A DNA stretch of 64,000 bases from assembly GCA_041600715.1 (NCBI GenBank), contig JBFIJM010000001.1:128387-192386 (forward strand), given 5' to 3'. A model generated the notes under the pieces. The model saw only the letters and a program-made list of their open reading frames with translations, had not been told where the DNA came from and ran no database searches. Below, piece by piece: positions 54,444-64,000 of the stretch (within the stretch, counting starts at the first letter, position 1; every line of letters begins with the position of its first letter). The position numbers and the translations under genes are program-made. The DNA comes from Candidatus Saccharimonadales bacterium. Its GTDB lineage: Bacteria; Patescibacteriota; Saccharimonadia; Saccharimonadales; 2-12-FULL-41-12.

Positions 54444-55013
54444 TTAGTAATCTATCCCTGGATTTGCCAAGAACTTATCGTCAAAGTGGTGTTTTATTTT
54501 GGTCATGTTTGTAGCAATGTCAGTAATGTCTAGCAGTTCCTCAGGGAAATTACGCCCAGTTAGGCATACACTTGTTCTAGTGTGTCTTGATTCTATAACC
54601 TTACGAAGGTCCGCAGTAGTCAAAAGTCCGTCATGCACTGCGTTGTTAATCTCATCGCAGATAACTAAATCATAATCACCACTACTCACGCACTCTAAAG
54701 TCTCGTCTAAAGTTTCTTGTGCAGCCCGTTTATGTTGGTCTGGAGTTATCTCCTGATCGCTAAGTTCGCCAGCATTATAAAACCCCTTACCGCCTTTATA
54801 AAAGTGCAATTGGTCACCATATAAGGGCTGGATGTCGCGGATAAATGCGTGCTCTCCGACACCCCAAAACTTAATGAACTGTATAAAGGCTACATTCCAT
54901 CTTGTTCCGAGTGCACGGGCCATAAGACCGACGCTAGCGCTAGTCTTGCCCTTGCCTTCTCCTGTGAAGACGAGTATTACTGATTCTTTTGTATCAAAGT
55001 CTTCAAATGCCAT
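54444..55013 (-). CDS. Cob(I)yrinic acid a,c-diamide / cob(I)alamin adenosyltransferase (CobA/CobO/BtuR family)
   Basis: P-loop variant TGEGKGKTSASVGLMARALG, FIQFIK and VICDEIN. Confidence 0.72.
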   Translation of the reverse strand: MAFEDFDTKESVILVFTGEGKGKTSASVGLMARALGTRWNVAFIQFIKFWGVGEHAFIRDIQPLYGDQLHFYKGGKGFYNAGELSDQEITPDQHKRAAQETLDETLECVSSGDYDLVICDEINNAVHDGLLTTADLRKVIESRHTRTSVCLTGRNFPEELLDITDIATNMTKIKHHFDDKFLANPGIDY

Positions 55014-55039
55014 TAACTAAATTATAGCTCATTACATGC

Positions 55040-55450
55040 TTACTCAGACTGCTTTCGGCAGATAGTCAGCTGAGTGTCGAGTGCCTCGCCATTTTTTGTG
55101 GTGTCTATCTTAAGTGTTGTGATGTTGTCTATTTTCAATTCAGATGACGGCGATGTACGAACTTTAAGAGTAGGCGGAATCTTCGGATTATTTGGTACTG
55201 TTTCGATTGTGTATTTGCCCCCATCATTCCGTACGCTGACTTTTTTTATTTCATCTGTTGGTACACCAATTTCTAGACCTTCCCCACCTGGTGTAAGAGA
55301 TGAAAACATTACGCCACAGCGCTCCTCCGGGGTGTTTTTAGCTATTTGCACTAAACCCTCGGCACATCCGGCGAAGCTAACTGATGCAAGGCCTGCTATT
55401 AAAACCCCAAGATGTTTTTGGGGGATGCTTGCTTCTGGCTGTTTCTCCAT
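55040..55450 (-). CDS. Hypothetical lipoprotein
   Basis: Lipobox VSFAGC. One further Cys follows soon after it and another lies near the C-terminus. Confidence 0.4.
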   Translation of the reverse strand: MEKQPEASIPQKHLGVLIAGLASVSFAGCAEGLVQIAKNTPEERCGVMFSSLTPGGEGLEIGVPTDEIKKVSVRNDGGKYTIETVPNNPKIPPTLKVRTSPSSELKIDNITTLKIDTTKNGEALDTQLTICRKQSE

Positions 55451-55555
55451 TATTTAATAATAAATCATTCGTCAAAAGTTTCTCTGACTAAAGACTAAAA
55501 AATGTAATGATATAAATTCAGGTTGTTATTTTATATCAGGAAAGACGTGATTTAA

Positions 55556-55978
55556 CTATTTAGTTGCCGGACAAATCTTTATGAACGCATCAACTGCAGT
55601 AGTCTCGGTTTGTAACGTTGAAGCTAATAAAAATTCTCCAGTCGGAAGTTTTGCTCTGCTTGTACCAAAATCTACAACGGGGAGTTGTTTAATAGGGCCT
55701 TGCTCTTTTGTATCAATCACGACTGCAGAGTAATTGTCATTTCGTGAACCAAATACATTAACTATTTTTACTAGGGTGCCGATATCGGTTGGCCCAGGCC
55801 CAAGTTCTTGCCCGTGTTTAATAACTCCGCTGACACTTTGACACACTTCTTTACTGGCACGATCAGTACTATTTGACCCACAGCCTATTAAAGCAGTTGA
55901 TGCCAGTCCAATAGCAAGTAATTTTGAGTAAGTTCTCTTAGGTGTCTCGAATATTATCGGTGACTTTAGTGCGTCCAT
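55556..55978 (-). CDS. Hypothetical lipoprotein
   Basis: Lipobox ALIGC. Same size and Cys spacing as the neighbouring lipoprotein. Confidence 0.4.
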   Translation of the reverse strand: MDALKSPIIFETPKRTYSKLLAIGLASTALIGCGSNSTDRASKEVCQSVSGVIKHGQELGPGPTDIGTLVKIVNVFGSRNDNYSAVVIDTKEQGPIKQLPVVDFGTSRAKLPTGEFLLASTLQTETTAVDAFIKICPATK

Positions 55979-56018
55979 ATATTTATATTATAACACCTAA
56001 AGTCAACACTAGTCAATA

Positions 56019-56258
56019 CTATAGAAGTTTATGTGCTTTTAGTTTGGCCTCTATTGTAGGTTGGTGGAAGCCTACTGTTATGTCGCCGTCTATGTCTATC
56101 ACTGGTACGCCCATTTGACCAGAAAGTCTGACCATCTTCTCTGCTTCTTCTTGATTGACTGACACATCAATATCGGTAAATTCGATATCGTGGGCCCCTA
56201 GGTAAGTTTTGGCAAGGTGACAATACGCACATGTAGGTGTTGAGTAAACTGTAATCAT
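56019..56258 (-). CDS. Glutaredoxin-like protein (NrdH/Grx family)
   Basis: MITVYSTPTCAYCHLAKTYL (CxxC), GVPVI and a thioredoxin fold of the expected size. Confidence 0.7.
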   Translation of the reverse strand: MITVYSTPTCAYCHLAKTYLGAHDIEFTDIDVSVNQEEAEKMVRLSGQMGVPVIDIDGDITVGFHQPTIEAKLKAHKLL

Positions 56259-56308
56259 AATTTTAATACTATAACCCACCATGTCATGAAGTATGTAATA
56301 AATTTCGC

Positions 56309-56980
56309 ATGACTCGGCTTGATATATACTATTTATATATGACTGAACCCAATAAAGTTTCTAGCACGCTATTACAAAAGATTAAACCAGTGAATTTACT
56401 ACTCATTGGGCTTATGATCGGCTCAATATCAATAATTGCTTTACGTATGCTATTAATCAGTAATGACGCACCACATTATCATGCGAACTTTGCACTATAT
56501 ATAAACGGCGAGCAAGACAAGTTCGACAACTTTACCTTTTATGAAGAAGTAGCAGGTTGCAATGCTGATAGTCACAATGATCCCAAGCACAGGGTTCATA
56601 TGCATAATAATGTTAATGATGCAGTCCATGTTCATGCAGAGGGTGTCACCTGGGGTCACTTTTTCGCTAATCTTGGCTATGGGTTAAGTAATAATCTTGT
56701 TAAGACTGACGAGGGTGTATTTGTGGATGGTCAGAATGGCAAGAAACTGACCTTTATACTAAACGGTCAAGAAACAGGCTCTATAGCAAACAAACTGATT
56801 AATAGCGAGGATGTGTTACTGGTTGATTACGGCGAAGAGGATGATGCGCGTAAACATTACGACAAAATACCTAAAACTGCCGGTGAGCTCAACTTAAAAC
56901 CTGATCCTGCATCGTGCTCTGGATCTGAAGGTTTGAGCCTAGGCGAACGCTTTAAGCGTGCATTAGACTTCACAAGATAA
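56309..56980 (+). CDS. Membrane-anchored His-rich hypothetical protein
   Basis: One TM, then HYHANF and HNDPKHRVHMHNNVNDAVHVHAEG, a possible metal site. The start could be 56339 (MTEPNK). Confidence 0.4.
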   Translation: MTRLDIYYLYMTEPNKVSSTLLQKIKPVNLLLIGLMIGSISIIALRMLLISNDAPHYHANFALYINGEQDKFDNFTFYEEVAGCNADSHNDPKHRVHMHNNVNDAVHVHAEGVTWGHFFANLGYGLSNNLVKTDEGVFVDGQNGKKLTFILNGQETGSIANKLINSEDVLLVDYGEEDDARKHYDKIPKTAGELNLKPDPASCSGSEGLSLGERFKRALDFTR

Positions 56981-57042
56981 GCGTTACTAGAATATGCCAA
57001 TAATTTTATGGTACATTTTTATAGCATTAATGACACGGAGAT

Positions 57043-57366
57043 TTGAAAGTGCCTATAAGAGGAAGTGATTACAGAGAGAGTTATAGTAAAGAAACTCTGG
57101 ATTCTGAAAAGGATCAGTCGCTAAAATCAGGCATGATTGTAGGGACAGTTATCGGATCAGCGGTCACGGCTGGTATCGTGACTATTTTTGGCGGTCAATC
57201 GGAGCAAGATAAGGTGTCTATTATCCAGAAATGTGAAGAAGTTAGAAGTAATCAGCTCGTAAGTCCAAAACATATAGAGCTAGATGTATTACCTGAAGCA
57301 ATAGCTATGGGTGGAGTATGTAGAATAGGCGAGACTGTTGTGCCTATTGTAAAACGAACAAGCTAA
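57043..57366 (+). CDS. Hypothetical small membrane protein
   Basis: 107-aa ORF with one TM and two Cys residues. Confidence 0.3.
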   Translation: MKVPIRGSDYRESYSKETLDSEKDQSLKSGMIVGTVIGSAVTAGIVTIFGGQSEQDKVSIIQKCEEVRSNQLVSPKHIELDVLPEAIAMGGVCRIGETVVPIVKRTS

Positions 57367-57370
57367 CAGC

Positions 57371-57400
57371 TTGACTGTATTTTATCAGGGGTGGTATAGT
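57371..57400 (+). promoter_or_regulatory. Putative atp operon promoter TTGACT-18-TGGTATAGT (extended -10)
   Basis: Hexamers at 57371-57376 and 57395-57400, with ATG 57410 nine nt downstream. The track start TTG 57371 is the -35 box. Confidence 0.5.
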
Positions 57401-57409
57401 AGTATAAAG

Positions 57410-57670
57410 ATGAGTAAAAACGCCGCCATTAAGACGACGAAACCTGAGAAAGTGCGCCAAGCAAAAAATGCATTTTATAGTAATCTCTTTGATATGACAT
57501 GGAGAATGCTCCTTGCAATGGCGGTGCCGATATTGCTTGGATCGTTCTTAGACAAGAAGCTAGACACAGATGATATGTTTACTGCATTTGGATTTTTACT
57601 AAGTTTTGTCAGTGCGGGTTTTGTTATTAAAAGTACCGTTTCTAAGATCGATAAAAAGGATATAAATTAA
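57410..57670 (+). CDS. AtpZ/AtpI-like small membrane protein
   Basis: Two TMs (WRMLLAMAVPILLGSFLD, FGFLLSFVSAGFVI), positioned first in the atp operon, with a TAATG overlap with atpB. Confidence 0.5.
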   Translation: MSKNAAIKTTKPEKVRQAKNAFYSNLFDMTWRMLLAMAVPILLGSFLDKKLDTDDMFTAFGFLLSFVSAGFVIKSTVSKIDKKDIN

Positions 57671-58452
57671 TGCTAAATAGATTTGGGGCAGATGAACTGC
57701 ATATAACTATTACTCCCGATGCTTTGTTTAATGTAGGCGGTATAGTAGTTACTAATTCTATGTTCTATGGTTGGATCTGCTCCCTTTTCATTATTGGTTT
57801 ATTGATAGTTGCACGTCGTAAGTTGAGACTAGGTGGAACTAAAGGCCCTGCTGAGCTAGTTGAAGCAATCACCGAGTACATGGTCACTACTTTTGAGAAC
57901 AGCTTTGGTAATCGTCAGATGGCCATCAAATATAGTCCGATATTCATTACTATTTTCTTCTTTATTTTGCTGAGCAACTGGATGGGGTTGTTGCCTGGCG
58001 TGGGACACAGCATAACGTATAACGAGACTAGTCTGCTTAGGCCTTTCACAGCAGATCTAAACGGTACCATGGCTATGGCTGTGTTCGGGATGTTAGTGGT
58101 GCAGATCATAGCAATCAAAGAATCGGGATTACGAGGTTACGGAAAGCACTTCTTCCCTGGCAAGATGGTAAACCCAGTTACTTATTTAATTGGTGCATTC
58201 GAGATATTTTCTGAATTTACTAGACTTGCAACACTCGGATTGAGGTTATTCTTGAATATTGCCGTTGGTGAGATTTTGATCGCTGTAATTGCCGGTTTAG
58301 CTGGTCCTGCAGGTCCGATCGCTGCTTTGCCATTTTACCTTCTTGAGTTATTTGTAGGCTTACTGCAAGCTTACATATTTGTAGTACTGTGTGCAGCATA
58401 TCTTTCACTCGCCGTTTCCCACCATGACAATCATGAGGGAGAGCGAGCTTGA
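57670..58452 (+). CDS. atpB: F0F1 ATP synthase subunit a
   Basis: SNWMGLLPG and the essential Arg region LGLRLFLNIAVGE. Confidence 0.9.
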   Translation: MLNRFGADELHITITPDALFNVGGIVVTNSMFYGWICSLFIIGLLIVARRKLRLGGTKGPAELVEAITEYMVTTFENSFGNRQMAIKYSPIFITIFFFILLSNWMGLLPGVGHSITYNETSLLRPFTADLNGTMAMAVFGMLVVQIIAIKESGLRGYGKHFFPGKMVNPVTYLIGAFEIFSEFTRLATLGLRLFLNIAVGEILIAVIAGLAGPAGPIAALPFYLLELFVGLLQAYIFVVLCAAYLSLAVSHHDNHEGERA

Positions 58453-58507
58453 AACATAGTTGGATAAAAGTAATAATTAAAGACAATAAAGTATAAAGGA
58501 GTTATAA

Positions 58508-58735
58508 ATGGATTTACTTGCACAAGCAGTAGACACAACAGTGATTGCAAAAGGTATTTTGCTAGGATTTGGCGGTATTGGACCAGCGATTGCAATCGGT
58601 CTTATCGGAGCGGCGTTTATGAACGGAGTTAGCAGAAACCCGGAGTCTGCTAAGTTCTTAGGACAGTTGTTTATTTTCATTGGGTTGGCTGAGGTATTTG
58701 GGATTCTAGCGATCCTAGGATTCTTTATCGTCTAG
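58508..58735 (+). CDS. atpE: F0F1 ATP synthase subunit c
   Basis: Hairpin of two TMs with loop SRNPES and the ion-binding Glu in GLAEVFG. Confidence 0.9.
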   Translation: MDLLAQAVDTTVIAKGILLGFGGIGPAIAIGLIGAAFMNGVSRNPESAKFLGQLFIFIGLAEVFGILAILGFFIV

Positions 58736-58888
58736 GATGGAAAATATGTATATGGCACATTTTGAATCATTTTTCTGCAATTCGCACTCGCTGTATGTAA
58801 AATACGTCTCGTTTGCGAGTTTCGAAAGAATCGCCAAACTGCACTCATATACAAAATTTTCTAAGACTTTGATTAATAAAGGAAATGT

Positions 58889-59428
58889 ATGTTAGATATT
58901 TTTACTAGATTTGGTGCTGAAGAAGCAGAAGCTGAAGGAATTGCCGCTCTTGGTCTTGATGGTCAGGCATTTTTAATCCAGCTTATTAGTTTTTTGCTAG
59001 TCTTCTATGTCCTGAAGCGTTTTGTTTTTGCCAAGGTAGTCAAGCTACTTGAAGATCGCCGTGAAACAATAGAAGAAGGTATGCGCCTTACCACAGAGAT
59101 GGTGGCCGAGCGCGACAAGCTAGAGAAAGAAGTCGCTGCCTCTCATACTGCTGCTCGAAAAGAAGCAAACGAAATACTGGCACGCACTCATGAACAGGCT
59201 TCAGTCATGATTAAAGATGCAGAAGAGACAGCTCAAGCAAAAGCTGACAAGATCGTGGCAGACGCCAAAGCACGTATCCACGAAGAAACTGTAAAAGCTC
59301 GTCGTAAGCTCGAGCAAGAAATGGTAGACCTAGTGATTGACGCAACAGAGAAAGTATCTGGCGAAAAGCTTGATGCCAAGAAAGACGCAGCCCTCATCGG
59401 CCGTGCGCTGAAAGGCCAGGCGAGCTAA
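58889..59428 (+). CDS. atpF: F0F1 ATP synthase subunit b
   Basis: N-terminal TM followed by a long charged helix (KLLEDRRETIEEG...). Confidence 0.8.
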   Translation: MLDIFTRFGAEEAEAEGIAALGLDGQAFLIQLISFLLVFYVLKRFVFAKVVKLLEDRRETIEEGMRLTTEMVAERDKLEKEVAASHTAARKEANEILARTHEQASVMIKDAEETAQAKADKIVADAKARIHEETVKARRKLEQEMVDLVIDATEKVSGEKLDAKKDAALIGRALKGQAS

Positions 59429-59820
59429 TGAAGCCTAAGTTTTCCCGAAGTAAATTAGCGCATTATGTAGCTAGCTCAAATAAGCCTGAGGCAGAGCTAG
59501 CCCGCGAAGTAGCTGCGTTTTTGATTGATGCCGGGAAAACTGCTGAGCTGGACTCACTGATGCGCGATGTTAGCGATATAAGGGCTCGCGAGAATGGTGT
59601 AGTTGAGCTAACTGCTCGTAGCGCTTTCCCGCTTGACACAGACACTAAGGCGCAAATCGAGCGTGTCGCAAAAGGCCAGTATCCTGGTAGCACATCAGTG
59701 ATTATCCATGAAGTGCGCGATGAGACTGCAGTTGGTGGTGTGAGGATCGAATTATCAAATGCCGATCTTGATCTGACTATACGCAGTAAATTACATAAAT
59801 TACGAGAAGCTATAGCATGA
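59428..59820 (+). CDS. atpH: F0F1 ATP synthase subunit delta (short, 130 aa)
   Basis: Its position in the operon and the C-terminal VGGVRIELSNADLDLTIRSKL pattern. The N-terminal domain is shortened. Confidence 0.65.
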   Translation: MKPKFSRSKLAHYVASSNKPEAELAREVAAFLIDAGKTAELDSLMRDVSDIRARENGVVELTARSAFPLDTDTKAQIERVAKGQYPGSTSVIIHEVRDETAVGGVRIELSNADLDLTIRSKLHKLREAIA

Positions 59821-59826
59821 TTCAGG

Positions 59827-59889
59827 AAATAGGAATTAGCAATTGGAAATTAGCAATTCAGACTAACAAAACTCTTCAAGTTACTAGTT
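59827..59889 (+). repeat. Intergenic repeat element, copy 1 (atpH-atpA spacer)
   Basis: AAATAGGAATTAG (59827-59839), GGAAATTAG (59845-59853), AACAAA and TTACTAGTT (59881-59889), in the same motifs and order as copy 2. Confidence 0.6.
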
Positions 59890-59931
59890 ACTATTTACTA
59901 ACTTCTATTGCGACTGAAAGGAGCAAATAAT

Positions 59932-61467
59932 ATGAGTGAAATTAACGTCAAAGAACTATCAGCCGACATACGAAAGGCTATACAGGACCTGAAAGACCAG
60001 CCAAATATCGTAGATGTAGGCGTAGTTACTCGTGTAGGTGATGGTGTTGCCTGGATATATGGCTTACGTGATTGTGGTTTTAATGAAGTATTAGAGATTG
60101 AAGGTTTTGAAGGCACTACTGTTACGGCTTTTGCTCTAAACCTTGGAGAAAACGAAATCGGTGCTGTTCTCCTCGGTAGTGATCTTGTAATTAAAGCTGG
60201 TGCCAAGGTTACACTTACTGGTAAAAGTCTAGAAGTTCCGGTTGGTCCAGAAGTCTTGGGGCGTGTGATTGACCCCCTTGGTAACCCGCTGGACGGTAAA
60301 GGCCCGATCAAGGCTAAGAAGTTTGGTCCAATCGAGAACGTGGCTCCAGGTGTGCTTGCTCGTAAGAGTGTGCATGAGCCACTGATGACAGGTATTGCTG
60401 CGATTGACGCTTTGGTACCAATTGGCCGTGGACAGCGTGAGCTTATAATCGGTGACCGTCAGACTGGTAAGACCGCTGTTGCGATCGATACTATGATAAA
60501 CCAACACCGCCAAAATACTGGTGTTATCAATATATATGTTGCAATAGGTCAAAAAGCTTCTAAAGTTGCCGGACTAGTAGAACGTCTAAAACGTGAAGGC
60601 GTGATGGATCAGACTGTCGTTGTATCTACATCCGCTGCGGATCCTGCTTCATTACAGTATCTCGCACCTTATGCCGGTACCGCCATCGGCGAGAATATAC
60701 GTGATAACAAAGGTCACGCACTGATCATCCATGATGACCTTTCGAAACACGCTAACGCTTATCGTCAGATGAGCTTGCTCCTTCGTCGTCCACCAGGCAG
60801 AGAAGCCTTCCCTGGAGATGTTTTCTACCTGCATTCACGACTTCTAGAGCGATCAGCTAAACTGTCTGATGAGCTTGGCGCCGGTAGCCTTACCGCCTTG
60901 CCGATCATCGAGACCCAAGCAGGTGATATCTCTGCCTACATCCCAACCAACGTGATCTCTATTACTGACGGTCAGATATTCCTAGAGACCAACTTGTTCT
61001 ATCAGGGTATTCGTCCGGCGATTTCTGTTGGTACATCTGTGTCGCGTGTTGGTGGATCTGCGCAGACAAAGGCAGTTAAGGCAGCTTCTGGCGGTCTTAA
61101 GCTCTCTTTAGCGCAGTTCCGTGAACTTGCAGCGTTTGCACAATTCTCTACAGATATGGACGCGGATACTAAGCAACGCATCGACCGCGGTCAGCGACTG
61201 ACAGAACTCCTTAAGCAGCCACAATATTCACCGCTTTCTGTTTGGGAGCAGACTTCAATACTGCTAGCAGCTAACGAAGGCGCATTTGATGAAGTTCCTG
61301 TGCCAAAGGTCAAGGAAGCCTCTGAGGCGTTACTTGGTGATCTCAAGCGATCTCATAAAAAGGATATGGACGAACTCAACAAGGGTGGCAAACCAGAAGA
61401 TAAGACCAAAGCTCTGATCATTAAAGTTGCCAAAAAAGTAGCCAAAGACTTCGAAACTAGTAAATAG
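59932..61467 (+). CDS. atpA: F0F1 ATP synthase subunit alpha
   Basis: Walker A GDRQTGKT, plus the typical DDLSKHA and ITDGQIFLE. Start at MSEINVKE, preceded by GAAAGGAG. Confidence 0.95.
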   Translation: MSEINVKELSADIRKAIQDLKDQPNIVDVGVVTRVGDGVAWIYGLRDCGFNEVLEIEGFEGTTVTAFALNLGENEIGAVLLGSDLVIKAGAKVTLTGKSLEVPVGPEVLGRVIDPLGNPLDGKGPIKAKKFGPIENVAPGVLARKSVHEPLMTGIAAIDALVPIGRGQRELIIGDRQTGKTAVAIDTMINQHRQNTGVINIYVAIGQKASKVAGLVERLKREGVMDQTVVVSTSAADPASLQYLAPYAGTAIGENIRDNKGHALIIHDDLSKHANAYRQMSLLLRRPPGREAFPGDVFYLHSRLLERSAKLSDELGAGSLTALPIIETQAGDISAYIPTNVISITDGQIFLETNLFYQGIRPAISVGTSVSRVGGSAQTKAVKAASGGLKLSLAQFRELAAFAQFSTDMDADTKQRIDRGQRLTELLKQPQYSPLSVWEQTSILLAANEGAFDEVPVPKVKEASEALLGDLKRSHKKDMDELNKGGKPEDKTKALIIKVAKKVAKDFETSK

Positions 61468-61553
61468 GAATTAGAAAAATGGGAATTAGTAACAACAAAT
61501 CACACCACACAGTCAGCCACATAGGTCTAATTCCTAATTACATATTACTAGTT
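61462..61553 (+). repeat. Intergenic repeat element, copy 2 (atpA-atpG spacer)
   Basis: AAATAGGAATTAG (61462-61474, overlapping the atpA stop), GGGAATTAG (61481-61489), AACAACAAA, the inverted partner CTAATTCCTA (61527-61536) and TTACTAGTT (61545-61553). Confidence 0.6.
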
Positions 61554-61572
61554 TCTGCACCGGAGGTGCACC

Positions 61573-62434
61573 GTGTCTAATACTACTACGCTGAAGCGAC
61601 GGATCGGTTCTGTAAAGAATACCAAGCAAATCACCAAGGCGATGGAATTGGTGGCTGCCAGTAAGATGCGTAAAGCTCAAGCTCAAGCAGTTGATGCTCG
61701 CCCGTACCGAGTAGCTGCGCACAATCTACTAAAAGAACTCGGTAATGTCAGTGATGTCTCAAGGCATCCGCTCTTTGTCAGTCGTCCAGTAAAAAAGCGC
61801 CTTACTCTTGTTATCACCAGTGATATTGGCCTAGCAGGGGCGTACGATGCCAACACGCTAAAACAACTTACCAAAATATTAAAAGAAGATGTAGAAAATA
61901 AAGCCCAGAGCGAAGTACTGGCCATTGGTAAAAAAGGCTCACAATTTGTCAGTCGACTCGATGGTGTGACGCTAATTGGTGCCTACCCTATCTTCTCTGG
62001 TCAGCCAAAGGGCGCAGATATACGACCGATTGTCAGGACGCTACTGGAAAAGTACGAGTCAGAAGAAGTTGATGCGGTGAGTATTGTCTATACTGGTTTT
62101 GTGTCGAGCATTAAGCAGGAAGCATCAAGATTAGAGCTACTCCCCACGGCAGTATCAGAGGAAAAACGATTATCTAAATTAGAAGTAGCGATTTTTGAGC
62201 CTTCACCAGAAGAGATTGTCGAGTCAGCTGTAGCGCGTCTTATTGAGGTTCAGGTCTGGCAAGCAATACTGGAGAGCTTAGCCAGTGAGCATAGCTCGCG
62301 TATGCTGGCAATGAAAAACGCAACCGACAACGCTGGTGATATCATTGATGATCTAACACTAGAATTTAATACCGCCAGACAAGCGGCAATAACCCAAGAA
62401 ATCGCCGAAATCGTCGGCGGAGCGGAGGCAGTCA

Positions 62435-62442
<8 letters not shown>
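61573..62442 (+). CDS. atpG: F0F1 ATP synthase subunit gamma
   Basis: N-terminal RRIGSVKNTKQITKAMELVAASKMRKAQ and C-terminal ARQAAITQEIAEIVGGAEA. GTG start after GGAGG. Confidence 0.9.

Positions 62443-64000
<1,558 letters not shown>

Noticed and set aside
58736-58888. 153-nt atpE-atpF spacer with partial palindrome TTTGCGAGTTTCGAAAGAATCGCCAAA
   Set aside because: The stem is short and imperfect, and it shares no motifs with the atpA-flanking repeats. Noted, but not strong enough to call a feature.

Overview
Compact, moderately AT-rich bacterial chromosome segment using the standard genetic code. The gene content includes a sortase, PEGA and DUF3048 proteins, many tiny membrane or secreted ORFs, an F-type ATPase and very little biosynthesis. 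This resembles a reduced-genome Patescibacteria/Saccharibacteria-type organism, but that is inference only.

Core genes:
- Housekeeping: gltX, an AroG-type DAHP synthase, a MutT-like NUDIX, xth, pyrH, rlmH, tgt and smpB.
- Transport: a MacB-type ABC pair and an RND pump.
- Regulation and stress: two Crp/Fnr regulators flanking an RRM RNA-binding protein, a CHASE histidine kinase with a receiver, and a KGG stress protein missed by the ORF track.
- A persulfide-dioxygenase/rhodanese/Fur-like cluster.
- hsp20 preceded by a perfect CIRCE element.
- The ATP synthase operon atpZ-B-E-F-H-A-G-(orf79)-D, which runs off the right edge.

There are three tRNAs: Leu-CAA, Ser-GGA and Asn-GTT. I saw no rRNA and no CRISPR array.

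The accessory block lies at 38.9-49.4 kb:
- A convergent type II R-M pair whose C5 methyltransferase is fused in-frame to a complete LexA-type autocleaving repressor.
- A 7.7-kb island at tRNA-Asn bounded by an exact 19-bp direct repeat. It carries a ThsB-like TIR protein with a small 3-TM partner, a set of membrane or secreted cargo genes, a frameshifted XRE repressor and a frameshifted large serine recombinase. It also carries ghost copies of the recombinase 3' end that suggest serial integration.

Other points of interest:
- An aromatic-codon leader peptide plus terminator lies upstream of the DAHP synthase.
- Promoter geometry consistent with leaderless mRNAs recurs across the window.
- A Cys-less disulfide-reductase homologue.
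- A translationally coupled 79-aa acidic ORF sits between atpG and atpD.
- Paralogous intergenic repeat elements flank atpA.

All calls come from reading the sequence and motifs. No database search was run.
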